Assembly (NCBI GenBank): GCA_010093705.1
Contig: MU006093.1
Location: forward strand, 1,323,301-1,387,300
DNA: 64,000 nucleotides
Reading direction: 5' to 3'
Source of the DNA: Patellaria atrata CBS 101060
Taxonomy: Eukaryota
Positions 36,174 to 49,806 of the stretch are shown piece by piece. Positions within the stretch are counted from its first letter, which is position 1, and every line of letters begins with the position of its first letter. The notes beneath the pieces were generated by a model. That model saw only the letters and a program-made list of their open reading frames with translations, had not been told where the DNA came from and did no database searches. Position numbers and translations under genes: made by a program.

Positions 36174-38819
36174 CTACGCAATACCCAACCCCTGCCCCTC
36201 CCCACCACCACCACCACCCTCAGGCCTCTGACCCCGTTCCCTAATCCTCCGTCCCTCCATCAACCCCCTAAGTCCCCGTTTCTGCAACCCAACAACCGCG
36301 CTAAGCTCACCCATCCAAACCTCCCGTTCCCCCAGCACACTGACGCTCGCCGCACTCCACTCCTCATCCCTGCTCGTCGCGCTCGTCGCACTCGATGCCT
36401 CCTCCTCCAGCGCGGCCCCATTCGGATGTCCATTCGCGCCGACGTTCGTATTAATCCTCAACCCCTGCAGGCCCACCACGACAGAGGCATCGGTGGGGAC
36501 ATCGTGGGTCTGGCTAACCAGCGCCGGGGTGCCAGGCACGCCGAGGGATTGGGGGTTGAAGGAGATGCCGTCACCGGCGCCGGCGGCCATGGCGGCAGCG
36601 TTGAAGATGGCGGCTGTGTTGCGCCCGTCGAGGACTGTGTGGAGGCGTTCGACGAGGGCTTCGAGGAGGCCGTCGATACGGTAGGGACGGGCGATTTGGA
36701 GGAGGGAGCAGAGGATTTGGGGGGTGCAGAGGGGGGAGTGGGTGGCGGGGAGGGCGGAGGTGTAGAGGTAGTGGATTAGGGCTTGCACTGTGAGATGAGT
36801 GTGTGGGAGATACAATGTGCGGGGTCTGGTGCTGGGGTTTGCTCGGGCGGGACTTGGGGGTTCGTATGGCGACGGGGTGTCGGCGGTGTTGCTGCTGCTG
36901 CTGCTGTTGTTGTTGTTGTTGTTGTTGGTAAGTGTGGTTGCGTTGGAGTAGGCTGTGATGGTCGTCTTGATGCTGGGTGTGATTGTGATGCTTGAGTTCC
37001 GGCTTGGGTGGCCGATGGTGCCGGGGTGCAAGGTCGCGGTATCGGTGCCGTCTTGTGTTGCGATGTCGTTCTGGAGCAGCTGGTTGAAATATGGGCCCCA
37101 GCGGCGTGCGATGAGACGAGAGTTTACCGGGATGCGTTCGCCACCCATGCACATGAAGTCCATATCCGCCAATTCGCGTATGCCCAACGCCATCGCGCCG
37201 AGCTCGTGCGCAGCGGGTGAGAGAGTACGGCCGCCCGCAGTGAGGTCCAAAAGATCTACTTGCGCCGGCGAACTCGTCGACAGATACGCGGAGGTCGGAC
37301 TGAGCTTGCGGGGGTTGTCATACAAGCCATACGCTTCGAGCTCAACCATACATACATTCGAGAAGTTAATGCGGCGATGGTTATAATCGTCAACCAGACT
37401 CCTCTTCCTATTTCCAAGTATGACGAAGGTGTTTCTCCTATTCCAGAGGACGCCTCGGTTCCAGCTTCCCTGGGTGAAGATGGTACCACCTGCATCTATC
37501 CGGCTCCAGGTCAGCGTGCGCAAGTCCAGAGCCCAGAGCGCATATTCTTGTTTCGAGGACGTGAGGAACGTGCCACTGACGACAAAGTGATTTGCGATTA
37601 TGCCTCCGTTAGGGAACCGTAATCCTGGAGGCGAGAAATTTCCGTGCATGGGTTTCTCAGTGAGGGAACCGTCCGGATGTCGGACCTGAAGCTCCAGCTT
37701 CACATCCAAGAAGTTGTAGTTCGAGTATATGAGCATGGAAGCGGCCGGGGGTACATCCGACTGGTCTTCCTCCCCTTCTGTGCGTCTGTGACCAGCTCCT
37801 ATCTTCGATGCATCCATGGAGACCAGTGGTGCTACAACGCTTCGGTATGCTCCGCAGCTTCGGCCTAGCGGACTCGTTTCGGTCCATTTTAGGCTCCTGA
37901 GGTTGAACACACTTATCTGTTCAATATAGTGATTTGCACTGTCCTGTCCACCGACGACTATCATTTCAGCGCCTCCAGCCCCATCTACCGAAACACCAAT
38001 TGTGCCCTGATTGGGGTTTTGGGATGCTGGGTTGTGATTGATTGCTGATAGTGGTGCATTCGGGGAAGTAAACGCTGCTGACGATGGTAATATTGCAGCA
38101 CAGTGAGCGTATCGGCCTTGCGGTGCTTCATCCACGTTGATCTTCATCCAAGCTGCTGTAGGTACATCGAACAGATGAATATCTGACATTACCACAACTT
38201 CGGGCTGCGGATCTTGAGGATTGTATGGTACTCCACTCCCTTGCGCCGGTGACATGCCACCATAACAGACTAATGTCCTGTCCCCTAATGCGCATACGCT
38301 GTGGAAATAGCGTGGAGGAGGTATTGATCCGGTCGTCTCAAGTTTCGTCCAGTGCCTTCTTATCAAATCCAACTCATACATATCGTTGGTAAGTTGCGGC
38401 CTGGTTCGAGAGAGCCTTCGACCGCCAAAAACGTAAAGTTTATCTCCAACGATTGTTGTAGACGCACCCACTAAAGGATGTGGCTCTCTGCCTGTCGTCC
38501 GGTGAACGTTACACACCAGTCCTGATAGGCCGGTTGATGTGCTCGACGCATTGAGCCCAGCCGTTTGAAATACTGCAGGAGATGGTCCTGCAGATTGTGT
38601 TCCAGAAGCAGGTGTTCGTGCGCTTCCAGGATCTTGATCCCCATTCGAACTCTCTTGCGTGTTGAGCCTATGGAGGCTGGTTTGACTGGCATTCATACTG
38701 GACAAATAAGCGTTCGATCCACTTCTGCTCTGATTTGAATAGAGCTGGGCTGGAGATGGAGCTGATGTCGTAGAGTCCATCGTATTTGCTCGACTCGTAT
38801 TAGGTGTCTGCCTAGCCAT
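36174..38819 (-). CDS. Kelch-repeat/BTB-like regulator of the Ral2/Mds3 family (in-frame upstream ATG at 39389 is an alternative start)
   Basis: Kelch repeats (LVGASTTIVGDKLYVFGG, PPPRYFHS, PQGRYAH), PPGLRFP, DDYNHRRINF; BTB-like segment ADMDF...RIPVNSRLIARRWGPYF...RTLYLPHT...LIHYLYT. Confidence 0.88.
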   Translation of the reverse strand: MARQTPNTSRANTMDSTTSAPSPAQLYSNQSRSGSNAYLSSMNASQTSLHRLNTQESSNGDQDPGSARTPASGTQSAGPSPAVFQTAGLNASSTSTGLSGLVCNVHRTTGREPHPLVGASTTIVGDKLYVFGGRRLSRTRPQLTNDMYELDLIRRHWTKLETTGSIPPPRYFHSVCALGDRTLVCYGGMSPAQGSGVPYNPQDPQPEVVVMSDIHLFDVPTAAWMKINVDEAPQGRYAHCAAILPSSAAFTSPNAPLSAINHNPASQNPNQGTIGVSVDGAGGAEMIVVGGQDSANHYIEQISVFNLRSLKWTETSPLGRSCGAYRSVVAPLVSMDASKIGAGHRRTEGEEDQSDVPPAASMLIYSNYNFLDVKLELQVRHPDGSLTEKPMHGNFSPPGLRFPNGGIIANHFVVSGTFLTSSKQEYALWALDLRTLTWSRIDAGGTIFTQGSWNRGVLWNRRNTFVILGNRKRSLVDDYNHRRINFSNVCMVELEAYGLYDNPRKLSPTSAYLSTSSPAQVDLLDLTAGGRTLSPAAHELGAMALGIRELADMDFMCMGGERIPVNSRLIARRWGPYFNQLLQNDIATQDGTDTATLHPGTIGHPSRNSSITITPSIKTTITAYSNATTLTNNNNNNNSSSSSNTADTPSPYEPPSPARANPSTRPRTLYLPHTHLTVQALIHYLYTSALPATHSPLCTPQILCSLLQIARPYRIDGLLEALVERLHTVLDGRNTAAIFNAAAMAAGAGDGISFNPQSLGVPGTPALVSQTHDVPTDASVVVGLQGLRINTNVGANGHPNGAALEEEASSATSATSRDEEWSAASVSVLGEREVWMGELSAVVGLQKRGLRGLMEGRRIRERGQRPEGGGGGGEGQGLGIA
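36891..36926. repeat. Coding (GCT)5(GTT)7 microsatellite encoding N7S5 in the kelch protein
   Basis: Seen directly. Confidence 0.95.
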
Positions 38820-40764
38820 GGTAGGCGAAGCGGGTGGCGACGTCCGCGGAGGGACAGATACTCCGACACTGGATCTATTGCTCGTAGGGCTGGTGGGGGT
38901 ATTTGGGAGTGTTTGAACAGGTTGAGCCCAGTCAGGTATTCGAATCCTCACATGCCTTGGTTTTCTCGATCCAGAATCAGTAGACCTCTTAGGCTGCGAG
39001 AAACGGCGGTCCGAGGAGCTGGAACTACCACTAAGAGCGCTATTAAAGCTATCGTGTAGACTAAATTTTGCTGAGTAAGGGAGGCTATCAAGGACTACAA
39101 TAGGCACATAATTGGGTATAACAATAGGAATATGCTTTGGTCGAGTTCGAGCTACTGGAAGGTGAAATGAGCCAGGAGAACAGATGTTAGGGAGAGCTTG
39201 AAGTTTATCAACAGATTGGGATTGCCACGCATCGGGGACCGGTACAGGGCGTGGAACTGGGCGTTCTTCTTGCGTAGCCTCAGCCCTTTTGGCCGTTGGA
39301 AATTGGGGGTTTCTCCAATAACGAAGCCACCTGTGAGATTCGTCCGGCAGACCAGCTGCGTGATGTGTAAAATCTCCTATTTGAAGCATCGTTAGTTCGA
39401 AGAGATTCGTTTTTGAAGAGGTATCAGCGACGGGAAGAGAATCAAGAGGAGAAAGAGGATGCCCACTTGAGGTCTCGCGCTATTCAAGTACCTCCACCTC
39501 AGCCGATGTCTTCTCAATCAATCCCGACAAAAATGTGTGTCATTGGAACGGCTTGTCGGTAGAGATAGTTTCGGGCGGCAGCAGCAGTCTTGCAGGAACA
39601 GGTAACGAGACACGACCAGGTCGCCGCGTAAAGTGAGATTTATGGAGATGAGATGCTGTGCAACTGTGGGGAATGACGGAGAGATGTCTTGAAAGTTGTG
39701 CAGAGGAGATGCAGAGACGCCAGGAGAAGTAGAGATGTGCTTCACGAAAGGAACGCGAGGGATAGAGGTACAAAGAAGCGGTGGTTTTCCTTTCTTACCT
39801 TTCCTCCTTCTGGATGCACACGGTACGTATACCTTACAAACTCAACCCAAGGATAAGGTTAAGGATGGGTTGTTATTAAAACCTTAAAAGGCTTATCAGA
39901 AAAATTGCCAAATAGCGAAAAAAGAATATAAGAAGTAAGGATTATTGAATTAATGGGATTAGAGGATTCATGCTGTTGGACGCACAGGGCTGAAGAATTT
40001 TTGGAAATTATTTTGCGGACAAGGGACAAACTTTCGATTACTACGGGTCAAAAATTCGAGCCAAAGGAGTCGATGTGGAGAGTTTTTAGCATAAGGGAGC
40101 CCTTGGAGATTCCAGAACACTGAAAATTGAGGTGTAGCCGCCGTACTATTACGCTAACACTTCCGTTTTATTGTGGGTTTGTATCGCCACTTTTCCTCAT
40201 ACAGTTAAAACATACGATTTCCCTATATTCCGTACCAGTCGCTTAAACTCCTTTCGGAATTGAACACCGTAAAGTAATATAAATAACCTTTCTCTTCCCG
40301 TCCTAGGTAGCCACCTCTCAATCCCCAAAAGCCTCCTTCCCGCTGCTCTGGATTCTCGACGTTTGCAACTGTTTTGGTACCACCAAAAGCCCAACCCACA
40401 AAAATAAAAGAAAAAGATCATTAATCTCCGAGATCCAGATTTCTAAAAAAAAATTGATACGACGGATAAAGTGGTCAGTCGTCACATATACAATATATAA
40501 CATGAGAAATATTTATTTGCATTGTATACCAGATTTATTGCTATTGCTACTCAGGAGATGACCGCGTCGCCTGCTGTCGACCCGCGTCGTCCTCTTCTGT
40601 AATAGCCGCATTGAGCCGCCGCGCATAACCGATCTCACGGCCTCTCGGGCGGTGTTTGCACCGTTATTGTCTTTAAATTGCCATGTCCATGCCATCATCA
40701 GCTTTAAACTCTCGATCCCGCACCCGGCAACCCCAGCCTACCGGTAATTCGTTTGCTGTCCTGC

Positions 40765-41539
40765 TTAAACATTCGCGCTAGTCTTCTCCTTAGGAAGTGG
40801 CGTCGTTCGGAGGTACGGCTTGATGATCTTGAACTCTGGGAAAATCTCCTTTGCCTCCTCGTTCTTTACTGAAGGGTGAACGATAACATCATCTCCTGGA
40901 ACCCAGTTAATCGGAGTGGTGACACGGTGTTTATCACCTGTCTGGAGCGAGTCGACCACACGGAGCACTTCCGCAGTGTTTCGTCCCGTCGAGGCGGGAT
41001 AGGAGAGGATCAAACGGATCGTCTTCTTCGGGTCGATGACGAAAACAGAGCGAATGGTGAAAGCGATACCCTTAGAATCCACGTTGGTGGTATCTTGGTA
41101 GTCAAGCCTTTCGCGAGACACGTCAGTTTGCTTTTGTTCCTTATGCATGAAGCGCGATGAGGCGCAATGATCCAAAAGGGGAAACGTACATGTCGTAAAG
41201 ATATGCGATCTTCCTCTCCTTGTCACCGATGATGGGGAACTTCAAGCTGGTATTTGAAATCTCATTGATATCCTGAATCCAACCTCCATGGCTTTCGATT
41301 GTGTTGGCTGACAGACCGATCAACTTGACGCCGCGTTTGGTGAACTCAGGTTCAAGCTTCGCGAAGGCGCCCAGCTCGGTTGTGCAGACAGGAGTATAAT
41401 CCTCAGGATGGGAGAAGAAGACGACCCAGTTGTCGCCAATGAACTCGTGGAAATTGATTGGACCATTCGTAGTGTCAGCATCAAAGTTTGGAGCTTTGCT
41501 TCCTAAACGGAGAGGCGCTGGTCGGTTCTCTTCTGACAT
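40765..41539 (-). CDS. PRX1: 1-Cys peroxiredoxin (Prx6 class), 2 exons
   Basis: FSHPEDYTPVCTTELG active site, TIRSVFVIDP, YPASTGRN, TPINW, KPYLR. Confidence 0.96.
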
Positions 41540-41768
41540 TATGGCTAACTGTAGGGAGTAATCAATTGCTGAATCTCACTAAATTAAAAGAACACACAAT
41601 AGGCAGCATCGGATGTCACTAACATTGATTCTGATTGGTAAGTTGTTTCGTTTGTCTTTGATCTCTGAGTAAGGTACTACTCAATTTTTCTCAATCAGTA
41701 ATATTGAAAATGGGGTATCTTTGAGAAGAGAAGAATGTCATGAGAAGGGGCGGGGCACATGAGGGTGA

Positions 41769-41774
41769 TTTATA
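41769..41774 (-). promoter_or_regulatory. Putative TATA box of PRX1
   Basis: TATAAA on the minus strand about 230 bp upstream of the ATG. Confidence 0.4.
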
Positions 41775-42506
41775 TGCTCCTCAGTACATCTCCTGGTGAA
41801 AGAATGCATCATTCTGAGTTCTTGGGCGATTGCGTGCTCGACTGCCCTGAACTTTTTTCACACCCTCTTGATTACTACTCCAAGCCGCCTCATCCACCAG
41901 TACGGCCTGGGTCGCCGTGGGACTCTACGGACATGGTGGGGTTGGTGGGGTGAAGGCTGAGGAAAGGACCTACTACATCCTATTTTGGAAGGCGGTGAAC
42001 CGACTACACCACTGAGGTGTACTCATCCCCCGACCCCTCTATAGAAAAGAGTAGATGCAACTCCAAGGTCGCTTACGGTACTATTCATAGACAGAACTTT
42101 AAAGAGCAGTATACTTCATGATCAAAGTATCAATTGCCTTACCGAATTCTAGTCTTCAAGGAACGAGGGATGACTCTTTGGTGTGTCCATTCTGATAGTA
42201 GTTCTGCTATAGAGATGTATCAACGCCAATCTAGTTCTACAACAGCTGCATACATTAGCCTAATTCATTTATGATGGTCAGTTAGATTTTCTTGCACATA
42301 CACATACATACCGTACCTCTATACGCCGAGACAATTAAAAAAAACTAGCCGATAACAGTGGGGAGAGCTAACAACTACGGTATCAATATTTTACTGTATT
42401 CATATTCATACCTTGGAAGTCCAAGATCGAGGACCATTATTTTGTTACTTTCTAATTCTTCAGAAGTCTACCCATTGTCTACACCACACTTATTCTTATA
42501 CTTTCT

Positions 42507-44084
42507 CTAAAGTCCTTGAAACCCCTTATTCACGCATATAGCGACGTCCGCAAAACTTACGATCCGATTATGGCCTCCATACGGGAGCAATTCAAACTCA
42601 ATTCTCACACCATCCGCTACGAATCTCTCTAAAGTCCCGTCTCCTTTCTTGATAACTTCTTTTCTCGACTCGAATTGGAAATTTGAAAGGCCTTCAAAGG
42701 AAGTTGCGTTGGCGGTGATCCGCAGGAGCTGCCCCGAGTTTCTTGGTGAAATGTTATAGTCATTTCGAGCATGAATCAATTTGAGATTTAGCTTTGGCCT
42801 AGATGACTTATTATGTGCAATATCTAGTTGAACCATTGCTTCATAATCTTCTTCGCCATCAAATGAGGCATGGTAGGCGATGCCTTTGTGTTTGTGTGAT
42901 ACCAGAGACACAAGCGCTTTCAGACGGGATTCAGTCTCCCATGTATCCACAATCATCCTTCTGAAAAAGGACTGAATCCGTGGGTATGGTCGTAACGAGG
43001 AAAGAATTGGAATGATTCCGGCGATGCGGTAGCTTCCCATGAGATCAGGCATGCTCGTGAAAGGAGCTATTAAAATTACGCTGGCGAAATCAGTCCCTTC
43101 CAAATTCATGACCCCCTTTTCAACCCCAGTCGGTATCAGGCCGGTGGAGTTGTCCGGATCCGCGAAAGATAGTGCAACGGCGCTCACAACAGCTGTCCCC
43201 AGCGACTGACCGAGGAGTATGATTCGCGATGCGGGTACATGGAGCGTGTCTATCGCATAGTTCACGAGGGCGATCCCGTCAGTGATGAGCCCAGCTTCGG
43301 TAGGACTGCCTGTGGAGTGTCCATAACCTCTGTAATCTAGAGCGAGTACATGAGTTTTAGGAAGTGCAGTCAAGGAAAGATAAGAAGCGGTGCGCCATCC
43401 TTGAGCGACATGACCAGCATTCTAAGAAATGTTAGAAGTGCAATTCGAGCGCGTAAAATATCGACATTCCCATGCAAAATTCTTGGGTCTGATTCTTCCT
43501 CACAACATCGCCGATGTTTCGAAATAAGGGGATGATGACGGGATAGAAACCTACTCCATGAAGATCGATAACCAGCCGGGCTCTAGGATCATCACTCAAA
43601 AAACGTAAATTGCTTGCAATGGACGAAAATTCCTCATCCTCATCGATTGGTGATGATTTAGACTCCAGAATCTCCTGTTCGTTCTGGCCGTATGTGTCTA
43701 GGGAGAGTACGTGCCAGGCTGAGAGAATCTCTCCGTCGGGCGTGCTGACATTGAATGGTGTGACTTGTTTGCCTGATTAATATTTTTAGCCCTTGGAGGT
43801 CCTTTGTCCTAACGTCTATCTCATCTCTAATTTAACCATACTTGCGAATCCAAAAGCTTCAGGTCTTGCATAATTAACCCACCACCCACTAAAGAGCTTG
43901 TGGGCGTACAAGGCGCTGTCGAGCGGATGAGTATCAATGCCTAATTGAGACTTTATACGGCTGAGGTATCTTACTGGCGCTGTATCCATGTATTCGACAG
44001 AGCTGATAGAAAAATTATGTACACTGCACCTACACCAGCAAGTGTCCAATAAGCTTTCTTTATTATGGGGCTGAGAGCTACCAT
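42507..44084 (-). CDS. ABHD12-like membrane-anchored alpha/beta hydrolase, multi-exon
   Basis: N-terminal TM (MVALSPIIKKAYWTLAGVGAVYIIFLSAL), PEAFGFA, TPDGEILSAWHVL, DYRGYGHSTGSPTEAGL, nucleophile GQSLG, C-terminal GGHN. Confidence 0.88.
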
Positions 44085-44902
44085 TGTTTTACTTCATCTG
44101 GACGGATATATACTGTACTGAGGTGTACAATAAGCCCGGATGTTGCGGGATCCACGGGCAAGAGTGCAATTGTGTCTGCCTTTTGTCAAGATACCTTGAT
44201 AAAGCCCACTTGTGAAGAAATTTTCAAGGATAAATTTAGGGTAAAAAGTATTCGAATCACGTAACTAAAGAAAGGGTTGATAGTTTTTGAGAAGAGTTGG
44301 GATGATGATGAACAAGAGTGAGATTTGTTGTAGTGTTGAGGAAGCATGGCACAGCTGCCTGATAAGGTAAAGTGATGTGCATATGAATATCACCATACGA
44401 CGGGAGAGATGGGATGGATAGAGACAAGCTGAGATGACAATAACCAAAATTTCTACAATTGGATTTTTATGAGCTTATTATTTTCACCATGTCTGTAGAG
44501 GATAGTACCATCCACCTTGCAGGAGACCTTAATATCTTAAAGCGATATCTTTCTATTTGGGTGCGAATCGTACCTTATATGTACTGTAACGCGCCTCGAT
44601 TCATCCCAACATGTCGGCCAATAATCTCCAACTCCCACCTCATTCACTAATTTTCGCCCGATATTACCTGGAGTCTTGCTTCTTACCTTTGCCGAGCACT
44701 TCTTGAAAGCTGTGCCTCGTTCACCTTCCACCTCAGCCACCTCACCTGTCACCGTTTCCCATCTCCAACCCTCTTTGGAGGTTAACTTCCTACCGTCATC
44801 CAGCAACCCACCTTACCGTCCGTATTGTGCCACCTTCTCCAGTCCACGTTTATACGATACCGTTAGAAGAGATATTTTGTTATCCGTTACGGAAACTTTA
44901 TC

Positions 44903-46573
44903 ATGACTGGGGAGAAGCGTAGAAGCTCTAGGTCGTTACGAGACCGAGGAGAGCCACCAACAAAGAAGCGAAGCACAACGCCAGTGAAGGCAACACTAGT
45001 AAAGGAAAAAGCGAAAGACCTAGAGCCAGAGACGCCTGTACCAGAACCTATAGTTGTCAAGGATGTTGTACCTACGCTACCTACGAAGGTTGTTGAGGCC
45101 AGACCCATCCCTACAGTGGACGAACCGCAACCAGTAGATCTGTCTCCAAAAGACTATCAATCATTTGCTCAGAGGTAAGACATGCGATCCCTATTCAATT
45201 GGCCTGCGTTGACATTTGCTACCTCCAGTCGTGTCTTATCCTCCGCTTTGGAACGTTCCCGCGCACGATGGGCTGTCGACGGTATCTTCGAAAAATACGT
45301 GACCAAGGTGCCTCACAGGAAGAAGACCTTCACCCCAGAACAAGAGGAAGAATGGAAGACCGCCAAAGCTTTAGAAAAGGAACTATGCGGGTCTATGAAA
45401 AAGCTAGGGGATTGTCAGCTTACCATTGAGCCGCACGTCTTCAGCGTAACTCTATATCAAAAGAAACCGGAGGATCTCAAAAAGTCCCTGTCACATCACA
45501 ACGCACGCACAACAGATGGACCGGTAGTGCAATACAGTGCGCCCCCGTATCAAAGTTCATACCCGTATTCGCAGACACCGCGATCACAACAAGTTCCACA
45601 ACAACCTCCAGCAGGTCAGCCAGTCTCAAATGGGCCAACCTCAATTCCGGCCAGCACACCGCAACACGCTCTTGCACCAGCCGCATCAACCGCGTCCGCG
45701 AACGCTCCCCCAGCTCCAGACCCAGTAATCCATATGCTCGCCCAGCGCGCCACTACCGACCCAGAGCTCAAATATGTCATGAAAATCGTCGCCGCAGGTG
45801 AAGCCACCGAGAAGCAACTGAAATATTTCCAAAAGCACATCGAAGAATTCACTGCAGTGCTCAAATCCCGCGAAGCCGCCGCATCTACCGCTCCTCCCCA
45901 AGTTCCCCCAAGCCCCGCGGACACCGCATCTCCTGCACCGTCCGCCCGTCCTGTCACCTATCGCCCCGTGCAAGTTCCTCTTCCATCTCCGCAACCTTCC
46001 CTACAAACTCAGCCGACACCACCACCTAAACCAGAACCGAAGCCCCTCTTCATCGAATTCGTCCTCAATGGGGACCGCTTCCTCTTCCCCCGGTCTTCCA
46101 TCCTTGAATACCTCCCTGACCGCACCGTTCTGGCTTCATTCCTCGTCGTGCTCCGCGGCTCCAAATCCGCCTCTCCCCACTACGACCCCGAAACAGACTA
46201 CTACCAGCCCGTCACCGTGCGCTTTGCCGCCCAGGATCCCGGTATCCTAGGTTGTTTAGCGCAAGCGGTCGATCCGGTAGAGGAGGTAAGGAGGTATATG
46301 GATGGAGTTATGGACGGATGTAGGAGAGCGGAGTATGTGTGTTTGGCGGCGAGGTTGCCACTGAAGGGGGATGGATTAGAGGAAGAAGATGCGGAGGCAG
46401 TTGGGGTGAAGGGAAAAGAGAAGGAGAAGGAGAGGACAGGGACGCCTGTTACAGGGAGTAATTCTGCAACTCCCATCGCTGGGGGGACTCCGGTGTCGGT
46501 GGGTCAGGGTGAGAAGAGAGAGAAGAGGAAGTATGTTAGGAAGACTCCCTTGAAGGTGGAGCAGACGGTTTAA
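44903..46573 (+). CDS. SWC3: SWR1 complex subunit Swc3-like, 2 exons
   Basis: PQPVDLSPKDYQSFA|..VLSSALERSR...GIFEKY, DPVIHMLAQRATTDPELKYVMKIVA...FQKHIEE, GDRFLFPRSSILEY, YYQPVTVR match Pezizomycotina Swc3 as recalled. Confidence 0.75.
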
Positions 46574-47227
46574 GTGGGCTGGGACTAGAAAGCCGGCAGT
46601 ATGATCACGTAGAGTTGGAAGGTATTATAGGGTTATGTATGGGTTATTAGGTTTTCTTCTAGGCATGGGGACATTATGGTTGCATCACTGCATGTACGGA
46701 CGGAATGGGAAAAAGGGATTTGGGTTGATACCACCGCCGACGGGGACCCTGCAGAGGGAGGTTCCGTGTCGGTTTCGTCATGGCGCATCTTTTTCACTTC
46801 TCCGCTTTGTATTCGAATACCGTATTTGGTGCTTAGGTTGGAGTAGAGAGACCCTTTGTCACACCACACCGGTCATCATCGTAATACGAAACAGAAATTT
46901 GCCTTCATGGCCCCTTGTTACTCTTCGAGAGGCCTCCTGTCCTTTGTGTAGCTATTATCAGAAAGATCATGAAGTCATGGAGGTGAAAAAGAACCATGAA
47001 GTGGAGAAATGCCTTCCCGTCCCATACCTACCCCGTCCAAGCGCCTAAAAGACCCCCTTACATCCAGAGAACCAATAACTTATTACCCACGTTAAACCCC
47101 ACTTCTAAACCTCTATTCCATAAGTTAGTAAAGAACGTAGATCCAACCCGACTTATTCCCCACCACCTAATCTTCGAGCATCCAACACAGCGCACCCATT
47201 CCCGTCCCGGTCACCGAAAAAAACACC

Positions 47228-49297
47228 CTACCCCATACTCCCACCACTCCTCTCCCCAATCAACCCCGCAAGCCTCAACAACTCCCTATCCGTCTCCCTA
47301 TCCCCGGTACCGAGATTAACCCTCCTCCTCCTCTCCGCCTCCCGCTCCTCCCAGTCCCAAACCCGCCGCTGCAGCTCCGCCGCCTCCTCCCCCCCGAGCC
47401 CCCAAACCTCCAGCTCTTGTACCTCAAAGCGGTCCTGCCAATCCCCCTTTCCGGAATTTTTGCGACGGGGGAGTTTCGACGGGGAAAACGACCCCCCACC
47501 CTCGGCCCGGTGCGTGAAGACGGCGAACTCGAGCGCGGAATCGATGTGCAGGCTCACGGGGCCGAGGGGCACGAAGGGGGAGACGTGGGCCGTGTGGCCG
47601 GGGACCGGGGAGCCAAAGCCCAGGCCGGGGTGTGGGGAGGGGTGTTTGGCGAAGTAGGCGTATGCGGGGGTCGGGTGGTGGGGGATGGCGGGGAAGAGGT
47701 CGTGGGTTGGGGCGAGCTGGAAGAGGAGGGTCGAGGCGTCGGAGAAGGGGTGTTTGGGGGTTGTTTTCCAGGGGCCGGGGATGTAGGCGCCGTATGTGAC
47801 TGTTGCGGTTGAGGAGTGGGGGAGACGGGAGGGCGGTAGGGAGGAGGTGAAGGGGCGGGTTGAGGGAGTGGTGGGGTGGGGAGGGAGGGTAGTCCCAGTT
47901 ATGAGGAGGAAGGTTGGTTCACGCCAGTTGAAGACGTGCTTTTCGAAGGAGCCCATGCTGAAGCCGTGGGTGCTGCCGGCGTAGAGGGGGTGGAGGCGCC
48001 GGAAGAGGGAATGGTTGGGGAGGATGAAGGAGAGTTGGCTTATGGTGCTGAGGTTTAGGATCTCGCCTGGGTTGGGGAGGACGGGGCCGAGGGGCATGGG
48101 GTTGTCGGCTGGCCACTTGATAGATGTGTTTGAAGCTGTGCGTTTGGGAGGACCGAAGTTGTCGGACATTCTTGATGACGCGGTTGAGGATCTTCGTCTT
48201 GAGAGTGGGAACTCGGGTAGCCTGTTTGATGCATTTGAGGACCGACGGCTTGACCGTTCGAATCGTTCGAGATCGTTTTCTCCCCTAGGTGGCGTAGATG
48301 ATCGGGAGTTCTTCCGTCTGGAGAGGTCGAGATCTTTAGCGAAAAGGAAGTGCTCGAATAGGGGCCGAAGTGCGTCGAATAGACGAGGCATTGCTGCTGA
48401 AACGACTGCATCAAAAACTTTGAATGTAGTACCAGGGACATTCTCCACCTCAAAAGATGAAAGGACGTGTTGAGCCGTCTCTCGAAGCTCCTCGATTCTT
48501 CTAGGAGATAGTTGTGAGGTATAAGTGGCTATATCTTCCACCGGCTCCAAAGGTGCAATTAGAAGGATGAACTCGATTAGTCTTAACAGGTTGTCCGTAG
48601 GAACAATGGAATGGTGTACATTCGTTTTTTCTCCAAGTTTAAAGACTTCGTCTATATCCATCATATTCAGGTTGGCCAGAATCAAGTCGTCTTCATCATC
48701 TTCCGCTCCTTCTTCACCAGCGGCAGCATCCACTTCGAATCTCAATTTCGAGTCGTTGCGTCCATCTATACGCTCCGTACCTGCACTCGTTCTATCTTGA
48801 GTCTCATCTGCCTTGTCGTCTACGTTCTTATCATAGACAGCGAGACTACGGTATATCTCCCTATGCCATGCTCTTTTGTTTCTCTTGCTAACGACTTTGC
48901 CCCATCGCTCGGTTAAGATGGTAACAACCTTGATTAAGGCATCGTTGGTCAATATTGCTGGTGCTTGACTAGGGAAAGGAAATGCACCTAGGTATCCTGC
49001 CATCTGGAAAATGACAGGACCTACTGCAATGGCATCTGGAAGCTCTAGGAACTTGCATAATGTGCTTTCACTCCAATATCTCAAGCCAGATTCAGTATCG
49101 CAGAGAGACCTGAATACCTCCTTGAAGCAATAGAGCTCAAGGGGAGTGTAGCATTTCGTTGCGAACGCCTCGCTAAGATGGCGTGAGAGCTGCTCTATTG
49201 GAGGTCGTCAGTTTCACATGTTTGTACCTCTGAAGCTTTAGGTATATTTACCAGTTGAGAGCTGCTGCGGCTTTTCTACAGATGGACCTTGTCCCAT
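47228..49297 (-). CDS. RTC5: TLDc-domain protein Rtc5, 2 exons
   Basis: Myristoylation-type start MGQGPS, FATKCYTPLELYCFKEVF, YLGAFPF, TLDc motifs LYAGSTHGFSMGSFEKHVFNW, LFQLAPTH, LEVWGLGG, WDWEEREAERRR. Confidence 0.9.
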
Positions 49298-49806
49298 TGT
49301 TACGGTGAGCTTTTCAGAATTTGGACTAACTTGGAGTTCTCGGATAAGACGGAGCAGGTCGAAGGCATTTCACAGTACAATGGTGAATATAAAGTTCAAT
49401 GATGGTGGGATTGGATGAAGATCTCATAAAGCTGTAGGCAGTAGCTGCCCCTCCAACGTCTTCTGTTCATTGGCTTAATTACGCAACCTTAAAGCTACTC
49501 GGATATACATTCTATCTAGAGATCAGGTGTAACATTCTACTGCATATGCCTTTCTATATCTTTGTATACTTGCATGGCGAGTTTCTAGATTTCTTATCCC
49601 CGCCTTCACGACGAGATGGGAATCTAATAACCTATACATAAACGCTCATGAGACCTACTTGTTCTTTAGCGCCAACCATGACTTCTACAGTATCGTCAAT
49701 AGAAATGCCAATCACTTATTCATACAATCCTTCTCTCATCTTCAACCAGGGGAAGATTTGAGATATTGAAAATCCTACATGCGGAGACTTTCTATCTGAG
49801 TATTCC

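Noticed and set aside
40545..40705. C/D snoRNA or ribozyme in the GC-rich PRX1 3' region (TGATGA...CTGA on the minus strand)
   Set aside because: Weak terminal stem, no recognisable rRNA guide and no hammerhead GAAA core.
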